A stretch of 64,000 nucleotides of DNA from Octopus bimaculoides (Eukaryota): assembly GCF_001194135.2 (NCBI RefSeq), contig NC_068990.1, positions 5,162,633 to 5,226,632 on the forward strand, given 5' to 3'. This document shows, one piece after another, positions 40,291 through 51,976 of the stretch (position 1 is its first letter; the number at the start of each line of letters is the position of its first letter). Position numbers and translations under genes: made by a program. The notes below the pieces were generated by a model. The model searched no databases. It was not told the DNA's origin and was given only the letters and a program-made list of their open reading frames with translations.

Positions 40291-40433
40291 GATATAATTT
40301 AAGCAGGTGATAATTCCTGATGTGTCAGGGGCTTTCTCTGATTTCATATTTTTAACTGCATAGCAACAGTTATAATATTGATTTGAAATAGAAGCCTATT
40401 TTATGTCCTCTTTCCAGGTTGAAGTTTGCACAT

Positions 40434-40630
40434 ATTGGCTCCTGTGCAGGTGGCACATAAAATACACCATTTTGAGCATGGCCGTTGCCAGTACCGCCTG
40501 ACTGGCCTTAGTGCTGGTGGCACGTAAAAGCACCCATTACACTCTCTGAGTGGTTGGCATTGGGAAGGGCATCCAGCTGTAGAAACTCTGCCAAATCAGA
40601 TTGAAGCCTGGTGATGATGATGATGATGAT
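40434..40630 (+). mobile_element. (ATG)n-tailed retroposon, two tandem units, 3' part truncated
   Basis: Nearly identical to 20818-20995. Confidence 0.85.
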
Positions 40631-42069
40631 GGGTGGTGGAGGACATTGCTCATCCAGCTGCATCTCATTTCATGTTTAGCTTGGTTTCTATGGCTCAATA
40701 CTTTTCCAAACATCAAACACTTCAAGAGTGTAGAATGTTCTTTTTTATGGCTCCAGCGCTAGAGAGGTTTTGTGTTCTTGACAATATTAAAAGATCTTTA
40801 CAACCTCACTCTTTACAGAGTGTACTGGGTGCATTTTAATGATGCATGTCCTCAGTATGACAAATGAAACCTCACTGTTCTCTGTCTCTGCTCACCTGCC
40901 AGCTTCTTTGCAAGGTAGGAAGCTTGAGTGATAGAGACTTGAATGATAATGATGAGAGGGTTGAGTGATAACGTATGGAGAGTGGAATGTATATTCAAGG
41001 CAATACAATGTGATCGAGATGGAAGTGAGACTGACAAAGGTTTATGTTACACAAGAGGTAGCACAATAACAGAAACGTAGGGTGCATGGAAGAGAAAGAG
41101 CAGGAATCTGCTGTCAGAGTGACATGAAATAATGAAAGGTAGTATCAGGAGAGGAAGGAAAGATAGAATGGCCTAGGCACAAATGATCGAAAGTAGTTAA
41201 CTATCTATAGGCAACACGATAGGGATGAATATATATATATATAAATTATTCAAATGTCAACAATTTTGCAGCAAGCACCAAGTATTCTAACAACTTTCAT
41301 GCAATAATGTTGTTCAAACATAAATAATCCTTAGAGCTCACCAAGCTTTTAATTTTGTCATTTTCTTCCCATAAAAGAGCAGAATTTGAAACATCAAGAA
41401 TTATTATCAATAGACATAGGGTTAAAGTGAAGCATATAATATTTTGTTTTCTATTTATCTTGGGTCAAAAAATGAAATTGTTTTATATTGATTCTGCTTA
41501 TTTTTTCAGATTTTTTTTTCATCAGATGCAAAAATTTCTATTAACTGTCCATTGTGGTTATTGATTATTTTTTTTCTGTTTACGCAGCAGTTTAATTTTA
41601 AAATATATTCTAGATAGGTGAAAAAAAGAGGTAGCCTCTTACCATAATTGATAATATTTTTTATGGTTTAATAAGAATTCAAATCCTGCCAAGGCTAAAT
41701 TTGACTTTCATCCTTACAAGGTCAACGAAATGAACACCATTTCTTGAATACCATTGTTGATATAATCATGCATAACACTAACCCCAAACAATGTTAACCT
41801 GTACTTATATTAAAAATCAATATTATAATTGTTACTATGAAGAATATAGGTAGGGTCTTATCTACTAACACTGTAACACTTCATAGTGACACAAGAGTTT
41901 GTTATGATGAAGATTGAATGGAATTAGCAGAATGCAACTTATATATATATGCATGATTGACATATATTGAAAAAAAAAAAAACTAACTTAAAAAGGTAAC
42001 ACATCAGGTCAGAATTTTGTTCCTAAAAAACCAAACTTTTAGTGGTATGAACAAATAGTATATGAAATT

Positions 42070-42109
<40 letters not shown>

Positions 42110-42138
42110 CATATGCTATATATATATTTTGTTTGTGC

Positions 42139-42174
<36 letters not shown>

Positions 42175-42379
42175 TGTAATAATTAATTATTCACTCCCGG
42201 ATAGTAAACCACAGATTTTCTGCGGTACCGCCTGCGACGCACATGGTAATCTGTGAGGGAAGATGATGGGCTGGCTCGCCTATGTAGATTTGGAGATACT
42301 TTCAAAATGTGTCGACTGCAATGATGGCGCCAGATCATGAATGCACATTTGCCAGTATCGTCGAATTTACAACAGGAAT

Positions 42380-42439
42380 ATCATACCGATGAGGTAATGA
42401 GGAGTCTTTATCCTTCTAAACCAGAAACATGTATATGAT
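42380..42439 (+). ncRNA. Type-I hammerhead-like motif
   Basis: Stem I AUCAUA/UAUGAU (6 bp), core CCGAUGA (U4 to C), stem II GGU..ACC with inner GAGGA/UCCUU and one extra A, GAAAC, ACAUGU stem III, GUA. Confidence 0.55.
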
Positions 42440-42532
42440 TAACTATGGCTAGTTTAGTTCGTTATTTTTCTTCTTGTTNNNNNNNNNNNNNNNNNNNNNN
42501 NNNNNNNNNNNNNNNNNNNNNNNNNTATATAT

Positions 42533-42686
42533 ATATAGGACAATCAGTTAGTTGTCATAATAATACTCAGAGTTTCAGATACCGGGGCTAAAAGACATCC
42601 TCATCAGATAACTGATAAAGATGTCTTTTAACCCCAGCATGTGAAACTCTGAGTATTGTTATGACAACTAACTGGTTGTCCTATAT
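42533..42686. ncRNA. 154-bp palindrome formed by two head-to-head hammerhead motifs
   Basis: 75-nt arms, 67/75 complementary, ATAA spacer; minus arm CUGAUGAG GAUG..UAUC UGAAAC UCUGAGUA. Confidence 0.7.
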
Positions 42687-42777
42687 TATATATTTATGGA
42701 TAAATTCTTCTATTTACATAATATTGAGGTCTCATTCATTTTGTTATCATATTATTATTATCATTATTATTTATATC

Positions 42778-43078
42778 ATCATCATCATCATCATCATCGT
42801 TTAACGTCCGCTTTCCATGCTAGCATGGGTTGGACGATTTGACTGAGGACTGGTGAAACCGGATGGCAACACCAGGCTCCAGTCTGATTTGGCAGAGTTT
42901 CTACAGCTGGATGCCCTTCCTAACGCCAACCACTCAGAGAGTGTAGTGGGTGCTTTTACGTGTCACCCGCACGAAAACGGCCACGCTCGAAATGGTGTCT
43001 TTTATGTGCCACCCGCACAAGCCAGTCCAGGGGCACTGGCAACGATCTCGCTCGAAAATCCTACAGGAGCCAGTCAGG
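42778..43078 (-). mobile_element. (ATG)n-tailed retroposon
   Basis: (CAT)n tail plus reverse complement of the 20698-21078 family. Confidence 0.9.
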
Positions 43079-43089
43079 CGGTATATATA

Positions 43090-43235
43090 ATTTCATCATT
43101 CTGTTCCTTGTGTCATTACCAACTTTTCCTACAAGTTTCGTCAAATACCGTTCACAACTTTTTGAGTTATTTTGCACGCAGTCGGACAAACCGACGCCGA
43201 TGAATACATAACCTCCTTCCTTGGCAGAGGTAATA
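43090..43235 (+). repeat. Unclassified CpG-retaining repeat ending in an ACCTC..GAGGT hairpin (Helitron-like end?)
   Basis: CATAACCTCCTTCCTTGGCAGAGGTAAT; classification is recollection only. Confidence 0.3.
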
Positions 43236-44443
43236 AGTGACTGATTATAAAAATAAGTACTGGGTAGATTTGATTGGCTAAAACTCTTCAGGGAGGTGGC
43301 TAAGGATGGCCACATTAAAGTAGCTGAAACAAGTAAAAGAATAAAAGTAAAAATAATTATTTGGAAACAGTATGTATGTAGAATCTGCTTTGTTTTGCTA
43401 GGGGAATTGTTTATTAAAGTTATGTAAAATGTCTTTCACATTTTCATTAGTAAGTAATAAACTTTGCTGCATTCATTTTTACTTTATGTTGTCATGTCTA
43501 GGAAAATATCCTATTTTTCCTTCCCATAATTTAATATTTATGAAGAATGTGATATTTTGTTTTAAAATATGCATTTGCTTGAGAAACAGAATTGCATATT
43601 TTTCTTTCAAACTGTTAAGTTTTACTGTTGAAGTTTGATACCTGAAAGAATTGATGGTACTTATAAAGAAAAGATATTTATAATTCGTGAGGAAATACCA
43701 TGATATTTGATCTTATTTGTTTGTACTTCAGTATTCCATAACTGAAAATGGAATTCAATTTCCAAAGTAAACATAAAATGACTGTTTCCATCTCTTTAAG
43801 TAATTTTGGGGTTGGTTCCCTTGGAAACGTTTTAGAAGCATTTCATCATAAAAACAAGCTTATTCTTTATTTATGTGTATCTGAATAGTGTTTGAAAAAC
43901 GATATTTTTAAAGACCATTCATCTTTTATGACAAGTCTAGATCTTGCAATAAAATATTCTTTGGAAAAAAAAAAAACAAATCATATTTGGCCTTGAATTG
44001 TCAGCATTCTTTCAGTAATCGCTTTTTCATAAGTTTCTTCAGAAATATCCTGATCTTTTTATTTATTTATCTTCTAGAAGTTTTTTAAAATTATGATTGT
44101 ATATTTATAAGACTGTATTCAGAAAATGTGTTTGGTTCATGATCAATAGGTCATAAGTTCAATTTCTGGACCGTGTGCTGCATTGTGTCCTAGAGACACT
44201 TCATTTCACATGGATCCAGTCTATTCAGCTTCATGAGCTCCAGTTAGATGCAGGTGCAGCCCTCTTTCTTTCCATCTGTTACATCCTTGGTGTTCCTTTG
44301 ACTCAAGGAAGTAGATGCTGAGTGAGTGTCTTTGCCTGCATCTATGTAAGCCCTTAAATAATTATAAAAAGTATGGTGCATATTATCAAAAACTATGCAT
44401 GTATATGTATGTGTGTGCACATATATATATATACATACACACA

Positions 44444-44481
<38 letters not shown>

Positions 44482-44775
44482 TACACACCCACCCACACAC
44501 AAACACATACATATATGTAAATATGTTAAAATGCTGTGTCTGTCAATGATCAATCAATTCATTGTGATGTGATTCCTTTTTATATTGATTTCTAACCCTG
44601 ATGAAATATTCAATTAACTAGAAATGCATCTTAGTTTAAATTTTGTTATTTGAATTAATTGAGCATAGAAACAACTGTAGGTTGTAAGGATTTGAGCTTA
44701 TTTGTAATTGGAGTTCTACTAATAAATTGATGTCTATCTCAATTTTCTATCTACTTTTCTCATATATATATATAT

Positions 44776-44994
44776 ACAAGAAAGGGTGCTGAAAAATTCC
44801 AGGTTTTAAGGGTGTCACGAAAGGCCTGTCTGGAAGCTCAACCTTTCAAGTTCTTTTACAGAGCTTAGAAAAATTGAAGGACTACTGCAATAAGTGTGTG
44901 AATCTGAGTGGGGAATAGTTGAATAAAATCATAATTAACTTAATCTTCCTGTATTTTTTTTTACCCTAAGTCAGGAACTTTTCAGTACCCTATC
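44776..44994. mobile_element. Mariner-type MITE, second copy
   Basis: GGGTGCTGAAAAATTCCAGG / CAGGAACTTTTCAGTACCC; interior is the reverse complement of 30285-30503. Confidence 0.85.
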
Positions 44995-45014
44995 GTGTGT
45001 GTGTGTGTGAGAGT

Positions 45015-46065
45015 GTGGGTGTATTAGACAGGGTCCCCTGCTCCCTTATTTGGTGGTTTCTGTGGAAGCTAGGGATAGATGAGTGGTTAGTGAGAGCAGT
45101 ACAAGCCATGTACAGGGATGCTGCAAGTAAGGTGAAGGTTGGCAACGAGTACAGCAATGAATTCCGTGTACAAGTAAGAATTCATCAAGGTTCGGTTCTC
45201 AGGCCCCTCTTATTTATCTTAGTCTTCTAGGCCTTAAAGGAATTCAAGACTGGCTGTCCCTGGGAGCTCCTCTATGTTGATGACCTTGCTTTTGTAGCTG
45301 AATCACTATCTGACCAGGGAAGAAATTTCAGGTGTGGAAACAAGGCCTGGAATCTAAACGCCTTAGTGTTAGTTTAGCAAAAACCAAAGTCCTATTAAGT
45401 AGGAAAACAAACAACTCACAAGTCTCTTCTGGGAGATGGCCCTGCTTGATATGCAAGAAGGATGCTGGTAGAAACTCCATATATTGTGGCTCCATATATA
45501 AGGTGGTGGGCTGGCAGAAACGTTAGCACACTGGGCAAAATGCTTAGCGGTATTTTGTCTACCATTACATTCTGAGTTCAAATTCTGCCAAGGTCGATTT
45601 TGCCTTTCATCCTTTCGGGGTCGATAAATTAAGTACCAGTTACACACTGGGATCGATGTAATCGACTTAATCCCTTTATCTGTCCTTGTTTGTTCCCTCT
45701 ATGTTTAGCCCCTTGTGGGCAATAAAGAAATAAGAAACTCCATATATTGTACCCAGTGCAAGATTTGGGCACATAAGAAGTGTAGTGGTATCACAGAAAA
45801 GTTAATGGAAAATATAGTCTTTGTGTTTGGCAAATGTGCAGGTACAATAAGCACTAAAATTGTGCAGACAACACACTCCCTCAAATGCTCAGGAGACAAA
45901 ATTAGCAGTGGTAGAGGGAGTTCTGAAAGTGTAGATGCTAGAATAAGAACAGGCTGGGCAAAGTTCATCGAACTTCTACCATTGTTGGTAACTAAGGGCC
46001 TCTCACTCAGAGTGAAAGGCAGGTTGTACATACAGCAGCACATACATGGCAGTGAAACATGTGCT
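45015..46065 (+). mobile_element. RTE-type LINE RT fragment with Cys-rich insert, interrupted by a SINE
   Basis: HQGSVLRPLLF..CPWELLYVDDL..KTKVL..GRWPCLICKK..CTQCKIWAHKKCSG..RIRTGWAKFIELLPLL..HGSET. Confidence 0.92.
45488..45732 (+). mobile_element. SINE family B inserted in the LINE, 18-bp TSD
   Basis: AGAAACTCCATATATTGT at 45470-45487 and 45733-45750; GAAATAA-type tail. Confidence 0.92.
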
Positions 46066-47084
46066 ATATATGTGTGTGTGTGTGTGTGTGTTGAGGAAAA
46101 GGACATCTGAACATAACTGAATAGTGGAAAGATCAGAACTTTTCATATTGTATTGGGATATAAAAGATGGATTAAACATCTGGAAAATAAAATTGTCATT
46201 ATTTTAGATTTAACTCATGTCAGAAATCTAAATACAATAATATATACAGTTTGTTGTAAGATTTTATAGAGATATAATTCAGTAATATCTTAAACAATGT
46301 TGAGGATAATCAATTTAAATCTCCTTTATTTGAGAAGTGGACAAGTTATGTTAAATCTCGAGGTCACCTTCAATCAGTGCATTAGCAAAGTGAACCAGGA
46401 TGTCATCCATAAAACTGATGCAACTAAAATATGATTCAAGCTGGTGTATGTGAGATACTTGGAAATATGTAAAGAAAAAGAAATGAGAGAGAGAGATGTG
46501 AAGAGAAAGGAAACTGAGGTGGATGATGTGAAAGTAAATGCAGCTATCAAAGAAGGTTTCAGGTATATTTTAGATTCAGAAGAAAAGCTTTCAATATCTC
46601 AGAGTAGCTCCTGCAGTTTCTGCATGGAGCAAAGTATATCCAATATTTATTTCACCTTCCTATTTTACAGAATCTAATTTCTGCAATGATCATTATGAAT
46701 GGCTGCGCTATATTATAAAACAATATCAATTTATCTTAAGCTAAATACAATGAGTACTCAATTACAAAACCTAAGCAGAATAGCAGAGTTTAGGATTAAA
46801 TGTTTTGAGCCTTATTTGTCTCAATCTTCTATGTCATAAGGACAAACTATAAAAACTTATATTAGGAAGTCACTACTTCTTTGATATATAACTTGGTGCT
46901 TACATTATTAAATGCTAATATTGATGTTTTTCTCTTCCTCTCTGAGATAAGCTATCTGTTAATTTTATATATATATACTCTATATACTACTAAAACTCTG
47001 TGATTGCTCGCTTGCATTCTTGCGTGTAATTTAATACAGCCAGACCAGTGCATAATGGGGAAAATACTCTCAAAGGGAGAGAGT

Positions 47085-47290
47085 GGAAGGGAGAAGGTGG
47101 GTAGGAGTGAGGAGAGGAAGTAGGTGTCAGACCAAGAGAGGAGAGGAGAGGAGAGTTGAGCCCATGTGGTGCAAAGGAGCGAAGAGGGAACATTAATTCC
47201 TGTTCATGGTGAAGACAGTAGTCCGGATGGCCCCTGTACAAGGACAATCTGAATGCAGACAGATGTTGTAAAGAATGACCGGTAAGCAGA
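47085..47290 (-). mobile_element. Penelope-like GIY-YIG endonuclease C-terminal fragment
   Basis: LSLYRGHPDYCLHHEQELMFPLRSFAPHGLNSP, homologous to 63090-63200. Confidence 0.8.
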
Positions 47291-47329
47291 GGTTGTGTGA
47301 TATATATATATGGCCTTCCATTAACCTTT

Positions 47330-47640
47330 CTTTACTCATTTTCAAAAAAAAACTCGTTTCTCAGTTGCTGCTTACATCAACGCCTCATCCCCAAAGGTTT
47401 CTGCCTCCATTTCCAGCCCACTCTGCACTCTGCTACAACCATCCATTCGCCATGATAGATCGCTAACCACTACACACGTTTGTTTTCTCTCCTTGTTTCT
47501 GTGTGTTCCTTTCTGTGGAAGAGCATAGGCTTGAAACATTAAAAACTTTTTCAATTCCTGAGCATTATACTAATACATCTGTTCATTTTCTACACCACTT
47601 GTCTTCATCTTTTGTTTTTTTGTGAATTCTTCCTATATAT
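47330..47640 (+). mobile_element. Penelope-like terminal (pLTR-like) module with a degenerate hammerhead at 47510-47543
   Basis: 47470-47635 aligns with 63530-63695; TTT CTGTGGA A GAGC ATAG GCTT GAAAC ATT AAA. Confidence 0.6.
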
Positions 47641-47666
47641 ATATATATACATATATATATACATAT

Positions 47667-47724
<58 letters not shown>

Positions 47725-47934
47725 CAGCTTCTTTTCAGATAATGTGAAACTCAGATATTCTAGAGTCTCTAATGAAAGCACTTAATTATTCTTTAAGATA
47801 TCTGCTTACAGAAATACATCAATTAATATATCGATATCATCATGATGCAAGCCTGTTAATTACTTTGAAAATGAATGAAAAGATATTTGTTAATGTACAA
47901 CTTAAATAAACTTCTATATAATTTATTTAGGCAC

Positions 47935-48310
47935 AGCAGTATGGTAAAAATTTTGCTTCCCAATCACATGGTTCCAACTTCAGTTACACTTTGTGACGCC
48001 TTGCATCATTGTCTTCTACTATAGGCTTGGACCAACCAAATCCTTGTGAGTGGATTTGGTAAACAGAAAGGGAAAGAAGACTGTTGTAGATATATATATA
48101 CTATGTGAGTGTGTCCTTGTGCTTGTGTTTGTCCCCCATCACTGCTTGAGAACCAGTGTCGGTTTGTTTACATCCCTGTAAGTTAGTGGTTCAGCAGATG
48201 AAACAGCACCAGTCTTGAGAAAATAGGTTCTGTGGCCAATTCCTTTGACTAAAATCTTTCAAGGTGGTGTCTAAGCTAGTCATACTCCCGTTGCTGAAAC
48301 AAACAAAAGG
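47935..48310 (+). mobile_element. SINE family A, degenerate
   Basis: Core and 3' blocks recognisable. Confidence 0.7.
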
Positions 48311-50612
48311 TGAAAGGCAATTTAAGGATGTAGGTATCACTGTGCATTTTTAATGGCAAGAATGGGAAGGATGAATCTTCTGGGATGCAAAGAATTTCAT
48401 TTGAAGAGAGTCACTCTTTTTATTTTATTTATTTATATATTTTTCCATACAGCTTTTAACTGTGAAATTCATCTGGCAAAGTATGAAAGTCTATGGTAAA
48501 AGACTCTTGCTCAGGATTCTGTATTGTGAGAATGAACTCAGAACCAAGTGAATGTGAAGCAAACTTTTTAACCATTTGACCATCATTCCGGTACCCATTT
48601 ATTTTGAATTATTTACGACTGAAGGCAATAACTAGAACATTAAAGATTGAGAATAGCGAGCATGAAAGAGCTGGTGTTCTTTACATGGAATGCAATTGCA
48701 ACTTTGATATGGCAATAAGTCTGTATGAAACGGGAATGGCAATGCAAACTTTCTATTATAAGCTGAACTGATTAGAAAGAACATTCAGTTGTATAATCGT
48801 GAAGGTAAAGAACAATGAATGCATTAGATTGAATCTTACAGAAATAAACAGAAAAAAAAGTCCCATAACTCTTAATGATGAATCATTGTGTTAACAAAAG
48901 ATTTTACTTCATGCAGTCAGTTGAGGGCAAGTCGGTCAACCAGAATCCATTCCTTTTTATGTTATTCACTTGCTAAAATCATACATAGAAAGAGTAATTA
49001 AAAGGGAATGTGCAGTTTCAGCTCATTGGAGTTTTACCATCATTCTGTGATATTGAAACGAACAGAGCAACTCAATAAAAGAGTAAATGATGGTGTAAAG
49101 GAAAATAAATATGCAGTTTTAGATCATCTATTGCTTTCTATCATTCTATGGTATTGAAAAACGACAGTTATGACAGAGTAACAAAATTATTATGTTATCC
49201 TAAAAAGTGGATGGCTACCATGACTGACAGAGAAATATAAATAAATTCATTCAGTTATTTGTTTTACATTCATTTTTCCTTACTAGTTCGGGTTAGATGA
49301 ATGCATATTATTGAGGTATTGTTTTACAGCTGGATGCCCTTCCTGTCACCTATTTTTCAAATCAGGTGGTTTTATTTCACATGTCTTCAATAGCACAGTA
49401 AAAGTGAACAACATGTTGATAGAAAATGGCAATAAATGTCACCATTTGTTACAGTACTTTACATGCAAAGGATAGATTGTAATTGCTCACACACACACAG
49501 ATACACGTATGTTTGCATATAATATGTGTATGTATATGAGGGCTTCAGATTCACTCACAAGGGATCAAGTGGCATTGTGCTACAGTAGAAGATAGTTACA
49601 AGAGATGCCATGTAATAGGACTGAACTTGAAACCACTTGAGTGAAAAGTGAACTCTTTAACAACAGAATTATGTCTGCTCCTACTCAAATAAAGTAATAG
49701 TAAATAAATAATAATTTTCCAGTTTCAATTTTTCAGTTGGGGCAGGGTTAAAGAGGCTGAGTTATTAAAAACAAAGCATCTTTTTTTAATTTTCTTATTC
49801 ATCAGAACCACAAGGGTAGAAAATTCAAAGATTAAGGCACAGGACTACTAACTGCTTTAATCATAGTTTTGTCTCCTAGGATGATATACATAACTCAACT
49901 TATCTCTGTAAGCTCAACAAGCTCCATTTTTATTTCCAGTTACTGTAATTAACTAACCACTGAAGTTAAATATCCAAAGTTGAATGCAGGCATTCTACCC
50001 ATTCTTGAATAGAGAAATGAATCTAATGGATCTAAATCTAAAACAAACAAAAATTCTATTAAATTGTCAACTAGTCTTATATTATAATTCTAATAAACCT
50101 CCAGGATGCATTATAGAATTGTAATGCTCTTATATTGCTCTTGACATGTTTTGAATATTCTTAAAATATTAGGTATACCTGAAAAGATTAACATTTCTAT
50201 TTCTCTTTCTTGTCTTTCCTTTAACTAACTCACTGCTAAAGCTACTCTCATGGGATCGTAGATAATCAAACTGACTGACTTGCAGATAACTGACTGGATG
50301 AGAGATTGGCAGTTTGTTATCTTGTCAACAGCACTGCATTGTGTTTTGGGGCCAAGACACTTAACTCTCATTTGGTTAACTCCATTTCATAGTAAAGAGG
50401 TAACAAAAATGCTGTGTTTCACTATTGTCAGGAAGCAGCAACGCTGGAAAACTTTGTAGTTCTCTTCAACTCCTCCCATGGATATAGCCTACAAAAAGTT
50501 TGGATTTGCTGTCTAACTTGGTATAATTATGCATGAAGAAAAATCAATTGATAGTGTACCAACGAACCAAAGAATCATGAAATGAAGAAAAATTAATCGA
50601 TAGTGTAGTATA

Positions 50613-50782
50613 GGCATAGGAGTGGCTGTGTGGTAAGTAGCTTGCTTACCAACCACATGGTTCCGGGTTCAGTCCTACTGCGTGTCAACTTGGGCAAGTG
50701 TCTTCTACTATAGCCTCAGGCCGACCAAAGCCTTGTGAGTGGATTTGGTAGATGGAAACTGAAAGAAGCCCATCGTATATAT
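50613..50782 (+). mobile_element. SINE family A 5' half, low divergence, runs into a gap
   Basis: A-box-like TGGCTGTGTGG, B-box-like GGTTCAGTCC, full core. Confidence 0.9.
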
Positions 50783-51837
50783 NNNNNNNNNNNNNNNNNN
50801 NNNNNNNNNNNNNNNNNNNNNNNNNNNNNNNNNNNNNNNNNNNNNNNNNNNNNNNNNNNNNNNNNNNNNNNNNNNNNNNNNNNNNNNNNNNNNNNNNNNN
50901 NNNNNNNNNNNNNNNNNNNNNNNNNNNNNNNNNNNNNNNNNNNNNNNNNNNNNNNNNNNNNNNNNNNNNNNNNNNNNNNNNNNNNNNNNNNNNNNNNNNN
51001 NNNNNNNNNNNNNNNNNNNNNNNNNNNNNNNNNNNNNNNNNNNNNNNNNNNNNNNNNNNNNNNNNNNNNNNNNNNNNNNNNNNNNNNNNNNNNNNNNNNN
51101 NNNNNNNNNNNNNNNNNNNNNNNNNNNNNNNNNNNNNNNNNNNNNNNNNNNNNNNNNNNNNNNNNNNNNNNNNNNNNNNNNNNNNNNNNNNNNNNNNNNN
51201 NNNNNNNNNNNNNNNNNNNNNNNNNNNNNNNNNNNNNNNNNNNNNNNNNNNNNNNNNNNNNNNNNNNNNNNNNNNNNNNNNNNNNNNNNNNNNNNNNNNN
51301 NNNNNNNNNNNNNNNNNNNNNNNNNNNNNNNNNNNNNNNNNNNNNNNNNNNNNNNNNNNNNNNNNNNNNNNNNNNNNNNNNNNNNNNNNNNNNNNNNNNN
51401 NNNNNNNNNNNNNNNNNNNNNNNNNNNNNNNNNNNNNNNNNNNNNNNNNNNNNNNNNNNNNNNNNNNNNNNNNNNNNNNNNNNNNNNNNNNNNNNNNNNN
51501 NNNNNNNNNNNNNNNNNNNNNNNNNNNNNNNNNNNNNNNNNNNNNNNNNNNNNNNNNNNNNNNNNNNNNNNNNNNNNNNNNNNNNNNNNNNNNNNNNNNN
51601 NNNNNNNNNNNNNNNNNNNNNNNNNNNNNNNNNNNNNNNNNNNNNNNNNNNNNNNNNNNNNNNNNNNNNNNNNNNNNNNNNNNNNNNNNNNNNNNNNNNN
51701 NNNNNNNNNNNNNNNNNNNNNNNNNNNNNNNNNNNNATACAGTGCGTGTGTTTTTATTGGCTAAACTGGCAATATGACCATCCCCAAGTACAACAACATC
51801 TGTTTCAACACACGATTTCACATAAAAAATCTTGCAA

Positions 51838-51897
<60 letters not shown>

Positions 51898-51976
51898 CAT
51901 ATATACTGGAGTAAGCACATAAATGCAAAACAGGGTGGAAAAAATAGTACTCGAATACCAGAGGTAGAGCAATATG

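Noticed and set aside
42843-42859. CTGAGGA-CTGGT-GAAAC in the (ATG)n-tailed repeat (also 60266-60282 and reverse at ~13605-13625)
   Set aside because: Looks like a hammerhead core, but stem II cannot pair (C/U) and no stem III or NUH follows.
44598-44635. CTGATGA...GAAATGCATC
   Set aside because: Palindromic AUGCAU is present but there is no stem II and stem I is offset; probably chance.
46444-46677. Charged 77-aa ORF
   Set aside because: Purine-rich low-complexity sequence, no recognisable domain or splice context.
50533-50607. Two 26-bp direct repeats (24/26 identical) with a 23-nt spacer
   Set aside because: Only two units in eukaryotic DNA; not CRISPR; likely a local duplication.
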